From Macrostomum hystrix (lineage: Eukaryota; Animalia; Platyhelminthes), in contig CATNEN010000041.1 in assembly GCA_950097015.1 (NCBI GenBank), positions 124,001 through 188,000 on the forward strand: a stretch of DNA of 64,000 nt, written 5' to 3'. This document shows, piece by piece, positions 1-11,914 of the stretch. The stretch's first letter is position 1. Every line of letters starts with the position of its first letter. The notes under the pieces are model-generated. The model was not told the origin of the DNA. It did not search any database and saw only the letters and a program-made list of their open reading frames with translations. The position numbers were made by a program, and so were the translations under genes.

Positions 1-32
1 GCAAGCAAATAGGAGCGGCTCAGGACGGCAGC

Positions 33-1573
33 ATGGAAGCCAATGGCTCTGCGGCTAGCCAGGAGGGTCGAGTGGAGGGATCAGCAGAATTGACTCGAGA
101 CAAACAGCAAACTTCTGACAGCAGCAGCTCTGGTGAGGACAGCGAACCTGATAGCGGGAAGCGGAAAAGGAAGCAGAAGCTCATCAACAAGTCAGAGAAA
201 GGAGATGCGGATCCAACTGTGGTTGCTGTTGCAAGTACAACTGTCAGCGTCAATCTAAATGCGGATGCGGATGCGGATGCGGATGCGGATGCAAATGCGG
301 ATGCAAATGCGGATGCGGATGCAAATGCGGATGCGGATGCAAATGCGGATTGCGGATGCAAATGCGGATGCGGATGCAAATGCGGATGCGGATGCAAATG
401 CGGATGCGGATGCAAATGCGGATGCAAATGCGGATGCAAATGCGGATACAAATGCGGATGCGGATGCAAATGCGGATGCAAATGCGGATGCAAATGCGGA
501 TGCATATGCGAATGCGGATGCGGATGCGGATGCGGATGCAGATGCGGATGCAAATGCGGATGCGGATGCAAATGCGGATGAAAATGCGGATGCATATGCG
601 AATGCGGATGCGGATGCAAATGCGGATGCAAATGCGGATGCGGATGCCGATGCAGATGATGATAAATCAAGTGTGAAAGTGGACACAAATTCGGATGTAG
701 AGACCGTGCTAGGTGCGCATATCTATGCGGGTGTGGATGCCAATTCGAGCAGCCGGTCTCTGCCGCCCGCGGTGCAAAAGCAGCTCCAAGAGGCCGGCGT
801 CATGGCCGACCAGCACCGCCTGTACTACCAGACCTATCTGCGACTCGAGATGGGCAGAGATCATGTGACCCGAGAGGACATGTACACAGCGCTTCAACTG
901 CTAGGCCAGTGCCCGCAAAGCCAGGAAGAGGTGCGAAATATGTGTCAAAACTTTTAATTCATGGATGAAACCACATGAAAAGCTGTACATTGTATACCGT
1001 TGGCCCTCTAAGCTCAATCTATTCACGTAGATTATGGTTCTAATTCTTTCTCTAGTGCAAATGAAGAAAGTCCTATTACTAAGAATTAGAATTCGCCTCT
1101 TCTGTTCTGCCAGGTGATGCAGCAGCTGAGCGAGCACGACGGGGGTTCCCCGAACGGACGCCTGTCACTTGGCGAGTTCGCCGCATTCTGTGCCACCGTG
1201 TGCCGCAGTCGGGAGGCGGTGCGCGCAGAGCTGGAGGCCAGCTTTCGAGTCTTCGACACGGACGGCAGCGGCTACCTGGACCGTCAGGAGCTACACCGCG
1301 CTCTCTTTGGCGATGGAGACGGAGGGGAGGACTTCGAGGAGCTGGCGCGGCTCGCTGATACCAATGGTGATGGCAAGATCGACTGCGTTGGTAAGGCCTC
1401 ACAAAGTTGCTCACGAAGTGAAGAGGATGGCAATGCGTGTGATTGGCTAATGAAAGCTAACCAAGAATTCCTTCGCGACCTGACCCGCAGAGTTCTGCCG
1501 GCTGGTCACAATGGGCATCGAGGAGATGCGGGAGCAGGATGCCGCTGAAGGCAGCAAAGGATCTGGTCACTAA
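33..1573 (+). CDS. EF-hand calcium-binding (calmodulin-like) protein with long Ala-Asp/Ala-Asn low-complexity N-terminus; exons 33-930, 1114-1390, 1491-1573; apparent 1-nt frameshift near 351
   Basis: GT-AG introns 931-1113 and 1391-1490 join in phase and give EF-hand loops DTDGSGYLDRQE and DTNGDGKIDCVE; stop TAA at 1571-1573. ORFs 33..581 and 259..957 become one frame if the extra T at about 351 is removed. Confidence 0.75.
259..660 (+). repeat. Coding hexanucleotide repeat GCGGAT/GCAAAT (Ala-Asp/Ala-Asn)n
   Basis: Directly visible; explains the (MR)n, (CG)n and (SA)n ORFs in other frames and strands. Confidence 0.95.
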
Positions 1574-2059
1574 CGGAGACTTTTGCACAGGCCAAACTTT
1601 GTCTGGCCTATTTATTTTGTTCACCAATTTTTCAGTGATATAAGTGAATAAATGCAGTTTAATTTGCTTGCTAAAACTCATAATCTCTGCCATGTCTTGC
1701 TTTTTAACATCCAAGTACAAAGAAAAATAACTTACTGCGGGAACATCACAAAATTAACGACAGACAAACTTTATCTCTGGTCACCAAGAGAAACATTTGA
1801 GCAATCGATCAGGTAGGCTGTTTTATTTGAAAGCGGCGCTGAAATCTTGATTTCTATAAGCGCTGGGAAGAAACAATGAAGAGATGGACAGCAGCCAATA
1901 TAATGTGGCAACACTGACTGTAGTTAAAACTCGGGACATCACAGAGCCTGTTTCATTAAGAAAATTCTAGGTCTGTGGATGCCACAAGTTCGGGGAGTCG
2001 TTTCGAATCTCCGAAACTCTTCCCACGCCACCATTCCGCACTGAGCTGAGCCAGCGAAA

Positions 2060-4724
2060 TCAGAGCTCACCCTGGCGGGCTCCGGCCGCATCGCCGAGAA
2101 CCTGCTCTGGCGGAAGGTCGGCATTGCGGAACAGGTGGTAGTAAAAGTTGATGGCCTTCTCGTACACGGCCACCCCGATGCGCTCGTCGGTGCCGTGGTA
2201 GCGCTTGGTGTCACGCACGTGGATGTGGTTGGGTGTGAACCGGTAGACATTGCGAGTGAACTCCAGGTAGTGATTGGTATCCGTCTTGGCTACAAAAATT
2301 CCCGGCAGGACGCGAGCGTCGGAGAACACCTGCTGAGCGGTCCCAGCCACCACCTAGCGGAGGTGTGGGAGGAAAAATAAAATCAATATAACACTGACAA
2401 CATGATTTGCGAGATCGGCAGCTCATCGGAACGACCCGAGCCAAGTCAAAGTGCAACATTTTTATGTGGTATGGCTAAGAAAAACCTTGAAATAAAGATT
2501 ATAAAGACAGTATGGTCGGTTTCAATTTAACAAGCTAATCCCTGTTGTTCAGGATGCCACTCAAATGCAAGGTCGCCACACCTGGAATGCATAGCTTGAC
2601 TCGTCACAGTCGGCGACAGGCGAGGCCTCGATTCCGTCGATGACCTCAATTTGAATGCGCGGGTCGGCGATGACGTGCCTGTCGTAGTCCACTACCTGCT
2701 GAATGGTCTGGGATGGGTGGATTCGATGGTTGATCACTGCCTGGGCGCTGCTAGCCAGGACATTGTGCTTGATGCCTGCGTTGAACATGGTGACTGCTGT
2801 GGTTGTCCTGATCAGGGCGTTGGTCGTTGGAGCGAGGCCGAGCACGCTAGAATTTACAGGTGGTATTTGGCAATTGCTGGACCCCGCAGAGATTCACCTG
2901 TACAGCTGAAATGCAACTATTATCTGAGCAGCTACTGGGCTTACTAGCTGACTATGGGCCGGAACAACCACAGGTTGTTGAGCACGACTCGAGCCAGGAT
3001 GTTGCCCTGAAGAAAAAAGTGGGGTCGGAGCAAATCAGCAGATAATTTGACAAGACGATGTGGCAACTTGGGCAATCATTTAATTGCGCTCCGTGCAGCA
3101 AAGCATCACGTCAGTGGAAACGCGACTTTGAGAGTACTATAAGTAGCGGGAGTCGCACATTGGCGCACTTGCTGAGATAATACAATAGAAATCACACCGA
3201 GCCCAGTTGGGCCAGATCTACAGCCAGTGGCGCAGCCGCAGCTATTTCGTGGCGCTTCCAAAGTCTCTGTACAGCTCTTCAGTCCGTGGACTAGGAAGGC
3301 CGCCACACCCACCCCAGCTAATGCTGATACCCATTTTACAGCTTTGGCGGGGATTTGAACTCCCGAGTCCCGACCTCTCGGTAAAGTCAAGCTCCCTTGG
3401 ATAGCTTAAATGGAGCTTGTAACTGAGTGAGCTCTCTGGTCTAGAAATTCTGAGCAGACGCTCACTGGGAAGGGCAAGGTGAGGTAAGTTGATAGCAGCT
3501 CCAATATGGCCTTCTCCGGCCCGGTGCCAAGCTGAGACGGCTGCGGACTGGCCTCGAGCCGCGCCACCGCCTTGGCGAGGACGCCGATGACGCTCTCGGC
3601 TGGGGGCATGGACGAGTGGCCTGGAGTGGAGTTGTAGCTCAACCGCAGGTTCACGAAGCCTTTCTCCGACACGCCGACACTGCAAGGATTTGCCAGAAAG
3701 TGCTTGAAGCTTTTATAAAACGCAGAACAGAAATTTGCTTTTATTGACTCCGACCTCAGCTACTCACACGATGGCGGGAACATTTAGGCCGGGTACAAAG
3801 CCGTCCAGCACGACCATACCTTCGTCGGACACGAATTCGAGCTTCTGCACTTTCTCCACGGTGCGAAGGTGCTCGGCGATGCGACCTGCGCCCTGGTGGC
3901 CGTGGATCTGGCAGGGTGGAAGTGCGCTTTGTCCTAAATGTTTCTCACATCTCACATCTTTCTTAGTGTTTCTCACAATTTAGCGCCTTGACCTCAATCT
4001 AGGAACTAACCTCTTCGTCGTGACCGAACGCGACATAAAAGGTTCGCCTTGGCTTCCAGTTTTTAGCCAGTAGGAACTCCATCGCCTCCAGGATTCCCTG
4101 CAAATCGGCAGTTTGTGAGGAGTGTCGGACAACTGAGCTTAATAGAGATACCGGAGCTGCGCACTCACAAACACTCCGACTTTGTCGTCAATGGTGCCTC
4201 TGGCGTAGATGAAGCCATCCTCGATCACGCCGCCAAAGTGAGGCTTCGTCCAGTTCTGTCCGTCTGCAATAAAACTATCATGTTGTAATGACAACCCGAA
4301 TGATCAGACGCTGAACCAGACTGTCACCTGTGGGCACAACGTCCATATGGGACATGAACAGCGCAGGCAGCAGGCTTGGATCCGAGCCTTTCAGCTTGTA
4401 GAGCAGGCTGTACTGGTTCATCACCTGGTGCTGCACTACAGACTTAGTGGCATGCACCAGCGGAAAGCTGCGCTGAATGAATCTGACCATCTCGCCGAGC
4501 TGCTCCGTGTTCTGCTTGCCAATGTCGTAGGATACAGTCTGAAACCGGAGGCCCTGCTGGAAGCGAGCCAGGCGCTCCTTGGACAGCGGGATAAAGTCTT
4601 CATCGGACTTGGCGCAGGGCTGCAAGGTCAGGCGGATCTGGCGCGTGTTCAGCGTGTTGAGCAGCAGAACGCAGGCGAGGAGGCCACCAAGGCTGCAGGC
4701 AATGATGAGCACTAATCGGGCCAT
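2060..4724 (-). CDS. PM20D1: Peptidase M20 family N-fatty-acyl-amino acid synthase/hydrolase (PM20D1-like), multi-exon
   Basis: N-terminal signal anchor ([22 protein letters not shown]), [26 protein letters not shown] and C-terminal YHGTDERI motifs spread over spliced exons; stop at 2060-2062. Confidence 0.9.
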
Positions 4725-5525
4725 GGTGAGCAGCTTACTGTGAATTCAATGCGAAGCCAATTCCAATATTCTACATTAGCCCGCGCTCTATCTTTCCTCT
4801 CTCCCCCACACCCTAGGCGCTGGCGCACGCGGTATGAAGCCCAAAGTGAATGTACATTTATGGGGTGAGGGGCGTCTGAACTGGGACGAGATTCTGCGTA
4901 CATTTGGTCATAGCCAGAGAAATTCGCGCACAATAATTACTAGCGAATGCTTAATGGCTAATAGAACTATGGCTCAAACATCTGATAAGATAGTTTAAGT
5001 GGTTCAATTAGAGTTTATCTTAGGCGCCTGGCTAAAGCTAACCTTATTCTATAGCTAGAAATTAAACCGTTGTAAACAATCTGCAACAGTGACGGAGGCG
5101 ATCATTATTGCAGAGTAAGGAGGCGCTCAGATTTCACTCTCGATGGTCAAGCTTATTAGTACTCATAGATTGAAAGGTCAATCAGTTTAGAGCCGTTCAC
5201 TGATCCATTTTAGTCCAGATTAATGCTGAAAGTGTGCTGAAAAAAGCTGGGATTTGAGCCACTATGATGCCAACTGCAGTGTCGCAAAAAAAATTATTCG
5301 CGTTAATACAAGATAGGCGGTATATTTTACAAGCTTAGACTGAATGCGCCATGCTGCTGACAATAATTGCATGAAGCTGGATCGTTTATTTATAATGGCA
5401 CATATTTATTTGGTTGCTTATCAAAGAGCATTTATCGGCAGAAAATGGCCTCTCAATAATTTAACTGCAGATTCTTATCGCATTTCCTGGATGAAGCCGC
5501 ACATTTCGCCTCAAAGATATTCGGT

Positions 5526-6761
5526 TCACAATGGACACAGGGCCAGGAAGCTGAGCGGCGCGATCGTGAAGCCGTTGATCACACAGTTCTGGCAATCGCC
5601 AAGGTACAGTACGTCCCGGACCGTGTCGTATGCAAGCCCGGAGATCTTGACGGCGCAGGGCAGCTCCTTCACACACGACAGAGCGCCGTGCGTGCTCATC
5701 ATCGCCAGCCGGTAGCTGGACTTGCCACAGTCGTTTGACTTGTCGAAAGTCCGTACTGCGGCCAACAGGAGGCCTGGCGATACGAACTGCAGAAAACTCG
5801 GCTGACCATCAACTGACAGCGTGCTCAACAGACCGAGACCGTCGGCTCTAAGGACGCAGATCTGGCGGGTGTCCGCGTCACTGGCGTAGACATGCAAGTC
5901 GTCGCAGGCGATGTCCACCAGCTGCTGGAAGCCTTGACAGGCAGCGCCGGTGGGTCTGTAGTCGACGGTCCAGAAGCTGCTGACGCGCGTCCCATTACTG
6001 CTGACTACAAAGAGGCGGCGGGTGGCGACCTGGACGCAGCTGGCGGTGGGGCAGGGCAGCTCATCAATGATGTTTGACACGGTGCCCGTCAGATCGGCAA
6101 GGACTACCTGATGACGGATGAAGTCTGACAGGACCAGACGGTTGCTGCTGCGGTCGAAGCTGACTCGGTGAATGTCGTAGAACTTGTCGTCAGGCCAGGA
6201 AATCCGCCAACTGTCCACCAGCAGGCGACCGTCGAGTGCAAACAAGCGAGCATCGTCGAGATCATCTCCAACGCAGAACAGCAAGTCTGACGGCAGAGGC
6301 GGCAACTTCGTCCGCGGTTCCTGTGGAGTCCATCGCACAATCCGCTTTCTCGCCGAGTCATGAAACAGTTCAGGGTCCGTGTGCTGCAGCAGCACCAGGT
6401 CCCATGGCTCGCTTGGGCAGCTGATCTGGCTTACTAGTCGTCCGGGCCACTCGGATGCCGCTGCATTTTCTGTTTCATTCCGAAGAATCTCTGAGCGAGC
6501 GCGCACTGCCTCGAGAACTAGGTCCTCCATGGCAGTGTTCCTCTTTGCCAAGGTGGGAGCCACAGTGCAGGGTGCTCGGCACAATGGACACTCAAATCTG
6601 CCGTCCCCTTGAGAGAACAGGGCCACATAGCAGTCGCTGCACAGCGTGTGGCAGCAGGGCACCACCAGTTTGGGATTGCTGAACATGCACAGACATATCG
6701 GGCACGTGACCTTCTCTTCCAGCTCGTCAGCATGACTCTGCAGCTCTGGCAGCCTGTCCAT
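5526..6761 (-). CDS. Intronless RING-finger (C3HC4) protein with C-terminal NHL/beta-propeller-like region; probable E3 ligase, 411 aa
   Basis: CPIC..C-C-H..C..C..CPLC RING at the N-terminus. The C-terminal 200 aa show short beta-strand repeats (LVLSDF, LFVVSS, VYASDAD, LYLGDC); the propeller call is inference. Confidence 0.8.
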   Translation of the reverse strand: MDRLPELQSHADELEEKVTCPICLCMFSNPKLVVPCCHTLCSDCYVALFSQGDGRFECPLCRAPCTVAPTLAKRNTAMEDLVLEAVRARSEILRNETENAAASEWPGRLVSQISCPSEPWDLVLLQHTDPELFHDSARKRIVRWTPQEPRTKLPPLPSDLLFCVGDDLDDARLFALDGRLLVDSWRISWPDDKFYDIHRVSFDRSSNRLVLSDFIRHQVVLADLTGTVSNIIDELPCPTASCVQVATRRLFVVSSNGTRVSSFWTVDYRPTGAACQGFQQLVDIACDDLHVYASDADTRQICVLRADGLGLLSTLSVDGQPSFLQFVSPGLLLAAVRTFDKSNDCGKSSYRLAMMSTHGALSCVKELPCAVKISGLAYDTVRDVLYLGDCQNCVINGFTIAPLSFLALCPL

Positions 6762-7090
6762 TGCGATTTAAGCTGCCTCGAATAATGAGAAACCTGAAAT
6801 TCTAAAAATTTCTAAGGTTGAAGAAAAGTTGTAAGGCTTATAGCTGGACGAATAGCTGTCAGAGATGCAGCGAACAGTTTATACTCGCAGCAGCGATATG
6901 TTTGCAATGTTTAGCATGAAGTTCTGGCATTTTGCGTTTGGCGTTTCCGGACAAGCGCACAGACCTGGCAGCAGTTGGACACATTTTACATTTACGCGAA
7001 GCGGCATGCGATTTATTGGCCTTGACTGGTTGCATTTCAAGCCAGCCTGCGCTAAGTTTAGTTTGGAGCGGCAAGTGGGAGCCTAGCGCA

Positions 7091-9827
7091 ATGCCTCGCA
7101 CCTGTTTGCTCTTGCCGGTCGGGCAACAATTTCTTCATATAGCCGGCGGAGCGCTACTTTCAAACGCTGAGGCCTACCTCTGTTGGCTCGCTGCTTCGTA
7201 TATTAGAAAGAAGAATCAGGTTGGGCGAAGGTGTGCTAATTAAACCATTGGCGCCCTAGCCAAATATAATTTTATGCTGGTTATTACAACAAGCTTCAAT
7301 AGGGAATCCGCAAAAGATTAGGAAAGCTTTGTGAAATTGAAACTGAGGAAGTCGAGAGTTCATCAGGAAGCAATGCCCCATCGGTAAGTTTTAGCCGTAG
7401 TTATGAATAAGCAAAACACTAACAGTTGCAGGAAACACAAAGCTTTCGCTGCCAGCTGGAGATCGAGCTTGCTGAGGGAGGGGACTCGGAGATACGCCAG
7501 TTGAGAAAGTCGCTCCGGAAGACTCGAGCCAAGGGTAAGACCTCAGCAACCGTCTCTGAGCTGACTAAGCTGCCTGAGCTGACAAAAATACCATTTTAGT
7601 CGAGAACGCGGAGTCGGTGGTCACGGCCTGCGCCCAGTTGAAGAGCTGCATCAACGACCTCGAGTGAGTTCGGTTTATCTCCTATACACATGCACTCAGG
7701 GCGGTCAGTTTCCTGACTGGGGCAATTCTCCAACAAGAAATCGATGCCCGGATTTTCTGTGATCCGCGCCGATTGGCCTTTCGCTTCATTTGGAAAATGG
7801 GAAAGATGGGAGGGAGGGAAGTGGTAAATTGGGTTCTGGAATCTTAAAAAGCACGCACTGTGCTCTGTACGGCTATCGTGCTTTTTCTTCACCGACGCGG
7901 CTCACTGCTGAGTTGCTAAGGCCGAGTGAGGCTGAAGTTTTCAGACCACTGTGCACCGGGCTACTATTGAGTTGCTAAGACTCAATCAAGAGCCCAACAA
8001 AGAAGCTTCCTGTGCCTGGCTCTCCGTGCTCAAAAAGACTATCATCTGCGTTCCATTGCAGGCTACAGACGCGTGAGAGGACAATAGAGAACGACAAACT
8101 GCGAGCTGAGCTGGTCCAAGCCAACGACCACCTGAAGGTACACCGACATGCTTGGCTTGGTAGAACCTTTTGTGCATCTGGAATGGCGTCGAGTCAGGGA
8201 ACTCGTGGAACCATTGCAGCGCGCCAAGGACACGATAGCGGAGCTGCGCAACCAGAACGAAAACCTCAAGGAGCAGGTGCGGATGGAGGTGGAGCGGCGC
8301 GCGAAACTAGAACTGGAGCTGCAGGACTGCGAGAAGGCATGCGCCGAGAATGATTCGCTTCGCGCAGAGCTCGCTGAAGTCCGGCGCGTTGCCGAGGACT
8401 CCGGCCGGCTTGTGCGATCGAGTCGGCGCCTACAGCGGCAGCAAGCCGACCAGCTGCTGGTGATCAAGTCGGAGAATGAGAGGCTGCAAAAAGCGAACGA
8501 AGGGGTTACCTCGCTGGAAGAGGAGGTGGAGGCGCTGCGAAACCTCGTTTGCGACAAAGATGAGGCCATGCAGCACCAGGCAAGGACAATGGAGGCACTC
8601 AAGGAACTCATTCAGCGACTGCGTCAGGTGCACCCGGAAATCAACGAGAGCATTGACGAGTTCTTTCGAGCGTTGACCAGCGAGGAGGAGTTGGTTGGTG
8701 AAGAGGAGCCTGAGCCACCCCGTAGAGCGGAAACGGCAAGGAATCGCAGGCGGCTGCTCGGTGCTCGTCCAAAATGCGGCGCCGTTCGAATTCCCAGCCG
8801 GAGCTCGGTCGGGCAGCCGAGGGTGCGTGGGGATGTTTAGCATAACACTAGACAGGTGCAACTGCATAGCTTGTAGAATTTAGTTAACGCCTTGGCTGTG
8901 TCCTTTCAATCTGAATTCCCTGCTTTAAGTTTCGTACTCACCATTCCCGACCTGAGATACAATGATCTGGGACGAATCACGATAGCAATTGCTGACTCGT
9001 AAAAGTTTCGCTGTCATTTCACACAGCCGCTCCGCCCAACCTACAGAGTGTTTCGGCGGCTTCGAGCCGCAGCGTTGAGCTGCAGCAGGTGGGCGATCAG
9101 CGGCGAGCCAGCCAAGCTGCGTCACGCGCCTCCACCAGGGCTGAAGCGGCCACACCTGCCGGCGCGGCGGGCTGTGTACCTTCGCGAGTGTCGTCATCCC
9201 AGCCGGTGACTTCGGCTGACTACTCAGTGGCGGCACTCAGCAAAAAGCGGCTGGATGCCGTGGCTTCGCTGTATGTACAGTTGGGCAGTCGAGTGACGGT
9301 CGAGGTTCGGGGTGAGCATTCGATTGTTGTGAGTTCCGTTTTTTGTCTTCAACGTGTTTGTGAGGTCTGACTATTAAACAAAATTGAACCTTTTGATACG
9401 GAACGACGAGTTATTCAATTTTGCGGAATCAAGTTCGGTGCTTTCACTTTACTTTATACTTTTCTTGAGCAGGCAGCCAAGAGTCTGGAATTGTGAAGTA
9501 CGTGGGGCTCGCTCACCTTGGAGACAAGGAAAAGGTATTCGTGGGAATTCGGCTGCACTCACAGCAGGGAAACACTGATGGCACCTTAGGAGGGATCAGG
9601 TACTTCACGGTGCCCAAAAACAGTGGGGTATTCGTCAGAGCGCACAAGATTTTGAGCGTATTCAACTTGAAGGTAATTAAGTGTCTCCTAAAATATGTTT
9701 TCAATGCCCTGGCTTACTGCTGCAAGTAGCTCACACTGAGTTTCTCCACTCTGCTTGTTCGTTGCAGAAGAACTGCAATGTCAGCATGGCCGAGTGCATC
9801 AAGGCCTACCTGAAGCTGCACCAATAG
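7091..9827 (+). CDS. Coiled-coil protein with C-terminal CAP-Gly domain, about 9 exons (start codon tentative)
   Basis: CAP-Gly exon VKYVGLAHL..FVGIRL..GNTDGTLGGIRYFTVPKNSGVFVR (about 9496-9660); heptad-rich exon 8220-8820; phase-compatible GT-AG introns (7220-7302, 7384-7431, 8138-8219); last exon KNCNVSMAECIKAYLKLHQ with TAG at 9825-9827. Confidence 0.7.
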
Positions 9828-10140
9828 CTACTGGAGCTCAGACTGCACAGACTGTTTGCACCAATAGCTACTGGAGCTCAGACTGCACAGACTGTTTGCA
9901 CCAATAGCTACTGGAGCTCAGACTGCACAGACTGTTTGCACCAATAGCTACTGGAGCTCAGACTGCACACAGACTGTTTGCACCAATAGCTACTGGAGCT
10001 CAGACTGCACAGACTGTTTGCACCAATAGCTACTGGAGCTCAGACTGCACAGACTGTTTGCACCAATAGCTACTGGAGCTCAGACTGCACACAGACTGTT
10101 TGCACCAATAGCTACTGGAGCTCAGACTGCACAGACTGTT
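9818..10140 (+). repeat. 40-bp minisatellite, 8 copies (two units carry an extra CA), overlapping the CAP-Gly gene stop codon
   Basis: Unit ccaatagctactggagctcagactgcacagactgtttgca starts at 9821, 9861, 9901, 9941, 9983, 10023, 10063 and 10105. Confidence 0.95.
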
Positions 10141-11056
10141 TTGTGTGATATTATGCGCTGTATGGCGTCTACTTACGTTATAATGTGAACTTCCTCTGAA
10201 TAAAGCTACTAATATACCATTCCCGAGCTCCATTCCAACACCCACACGCGAGCGTGCCTGCAGTATACCTAGTGCGCGTATCTCCTCAGACACGATCGTA
10301 AATACACAGCTGCATCATTTCTAATGCTAATGGCTTTCATGTGAAAAAAGTTAATTAGCACTGCTTTTATGATGGCTACAGCAGTCCCCGATGGCATTTT
10401 ATTCCCGTTATGCGATGCCTGCAGTGCAAACTCATTGTAAACTCATTGGAATGTCTATCTCACCTGGACAGGAGGAGAATGCAATCAACTGGTTGCCAAC
10501 CAGCTAAGCTGTACAGACTGTCCGGTAAGCTCCTGTGTCCGCACAGTACTCAGCAAGGCAGGCGGGTCCCCGCTCTGCGGCACAGACAGCTGAGGAAAGA
10601 TTCAAGAGCTGAGCCAACAATGCTCGCTCCGCAGCAGCAGCGCCTCACCCCAAACTCACTTCTTCTGGGATCTTCCTCTCCCCTCCCGCGGGCCGGCAAG
10701 TTTCCACGGCAACCTCGCAGAGACCTCAGAGGTGGGGCCGGTTGTCTCGCAGACGGGAGAAAGAAACAATATGGGAAGAAGACGGAAGGAAGGCAGGCGG
10801 GGGCTGCCGGAGTTTAAAAACAGACGGCCCAGGGGGGCAGGAAGCCCAGGCCGGGCAAGCAGAGGAGAGTAGAGCAGACTCCGCACACAATACCAGGACA
10901 GCGCCAGGTTCAAAACAATAAGGACAACAAAGCGGTAGCAAGGGGTGGGAGAAAACTGTGTCCCATCTTTTGTGTGAATTTCCCGACGAAAAAGTGAGCT
11001 AATCATTGAAAAACCAATAAAAGCAAAGCTCAGCCGCGACAGTCGCCTCCCTTCAG

Positions 11057-11914
11057 ATGGCCGCAGGCGGACACAGGTCAGGCGGCAGCAGAGCTGGCGG
11101 CTTCAGCGGCAGCAGGGGTCTTCGGGTACCGCACTTAAGCGTCCAAGCTTCCTCCGCGACCAGCATGCGAGCCCAGCGGGTCAGCAGCAGCAGTGGTGGC
11201 GGTGCTGCAGCCAACGCTCTGGTGAGCTTCGCACCTCATGGCTACTCGCCGAGTCCCAGCCAGGCCTCTGAGCTGCTCGACTTTCAGCGGGGCAACTCCT
11301 GGACGGCAGGAGGCGACCAGTCGCGTGCCACCACTGCACCAGGTGGTGACGGAACTGCCGTCAGTGTGTTCCGTAGCCGAGTCAGCCCGAACTTCCGTCA
11401 GGCCCTGGCCGAAGCCAAAGAGCGAACAGCAACCCGGCGGCTGACGGCGCAGCAGGTGCGCGAGCAACGGCGTTCGAACAACCAGCAGCCGGAGTCAGTC
11501 AGTCGGCTGGACGGAGACACCCTAGTCGAGGAGAATGACGCCGACATCGAGGCTGACGAAGTTTTTGACGAGATAGCAGTAGGGGCCCCTAACAGAGCCG
11601 AGCCGTCCAAACCACCCGACCCGGGAAGCGTCAGCGACCCTCGACGAAGGCGGGCTCTTAAGCGATGGGCTCTCATGCGCGACGTCATTGAGGACATCCA
11701 CAGAGAGCGTCATGCAAAGAAGGCAGAAGGCTGGAGCATGTTCTTCAAGCACGTAAGGGCAATGAGTGAGGCAGAGAAGACCCGACAGGACCTGTACGAG
11801 CGCTACAACATTTTTGGGGACGGCAAGTCAGATTTTATGACGAGACTGCCAGTCATTCCGGATGAACTGCTGCTGGCAGCTGGCGTTCCACTGCCGTCGA
11901 GTCGAGGGCCGTAA
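11057..11914 (+). CDS. Uncharacterised protein (285 aa ORF; single exon or last exon of a gene)
   Basis: Long GC-rich ORF preceded directly by cttcag|ATG; Ser/Gly-rich N-half and helical C-terminal segment (ALKRWALMRDVIEDIH..GWSMFFKHVRAM). No family recognised. Confidence 0.55.
   Translation: MAAGGHRSGGSRAGGFSGSRGLRVPHLSVQASSATSMRAQRVSSSSGGGAAANALVSFAPHGYSPSPSQASELLDFQRGNSWTAGGDQSRATTAPGGDGTAVSVFRSRVSPNFRQALAEAKERTATRRLTAQQVREQRRSNNQQPESVSRLDGDTLVEENDADIEADEVFDEIAVGAPNRAEPSKPPDPGSVSDPRRRRALKRWALMRDVIEDIHRERHAKKAEGWSMFFKHVRAMSEAEKTRQDLYERYNIFGDGKSDFMTRLPVIPDELLLAAGVPLPSSRGP

Noticed and set aside
350-686. Cys-rich metallothionein-like (CGCK)n, (MR)n and His-Pro ORFs
   Set aside because: These are alternative frames of the GCGGAT/GCAAAT hexamer repeat; only the Ala-Asp frame connects to the EF-hand exons.
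8063-8867. Numerous 60-180 aa antisense or alternate-frame ORFs overlapping real exons throughout the window
   Set aside because: These are expected shadows of GC3-rich coding sequence with no recognisable motifs.
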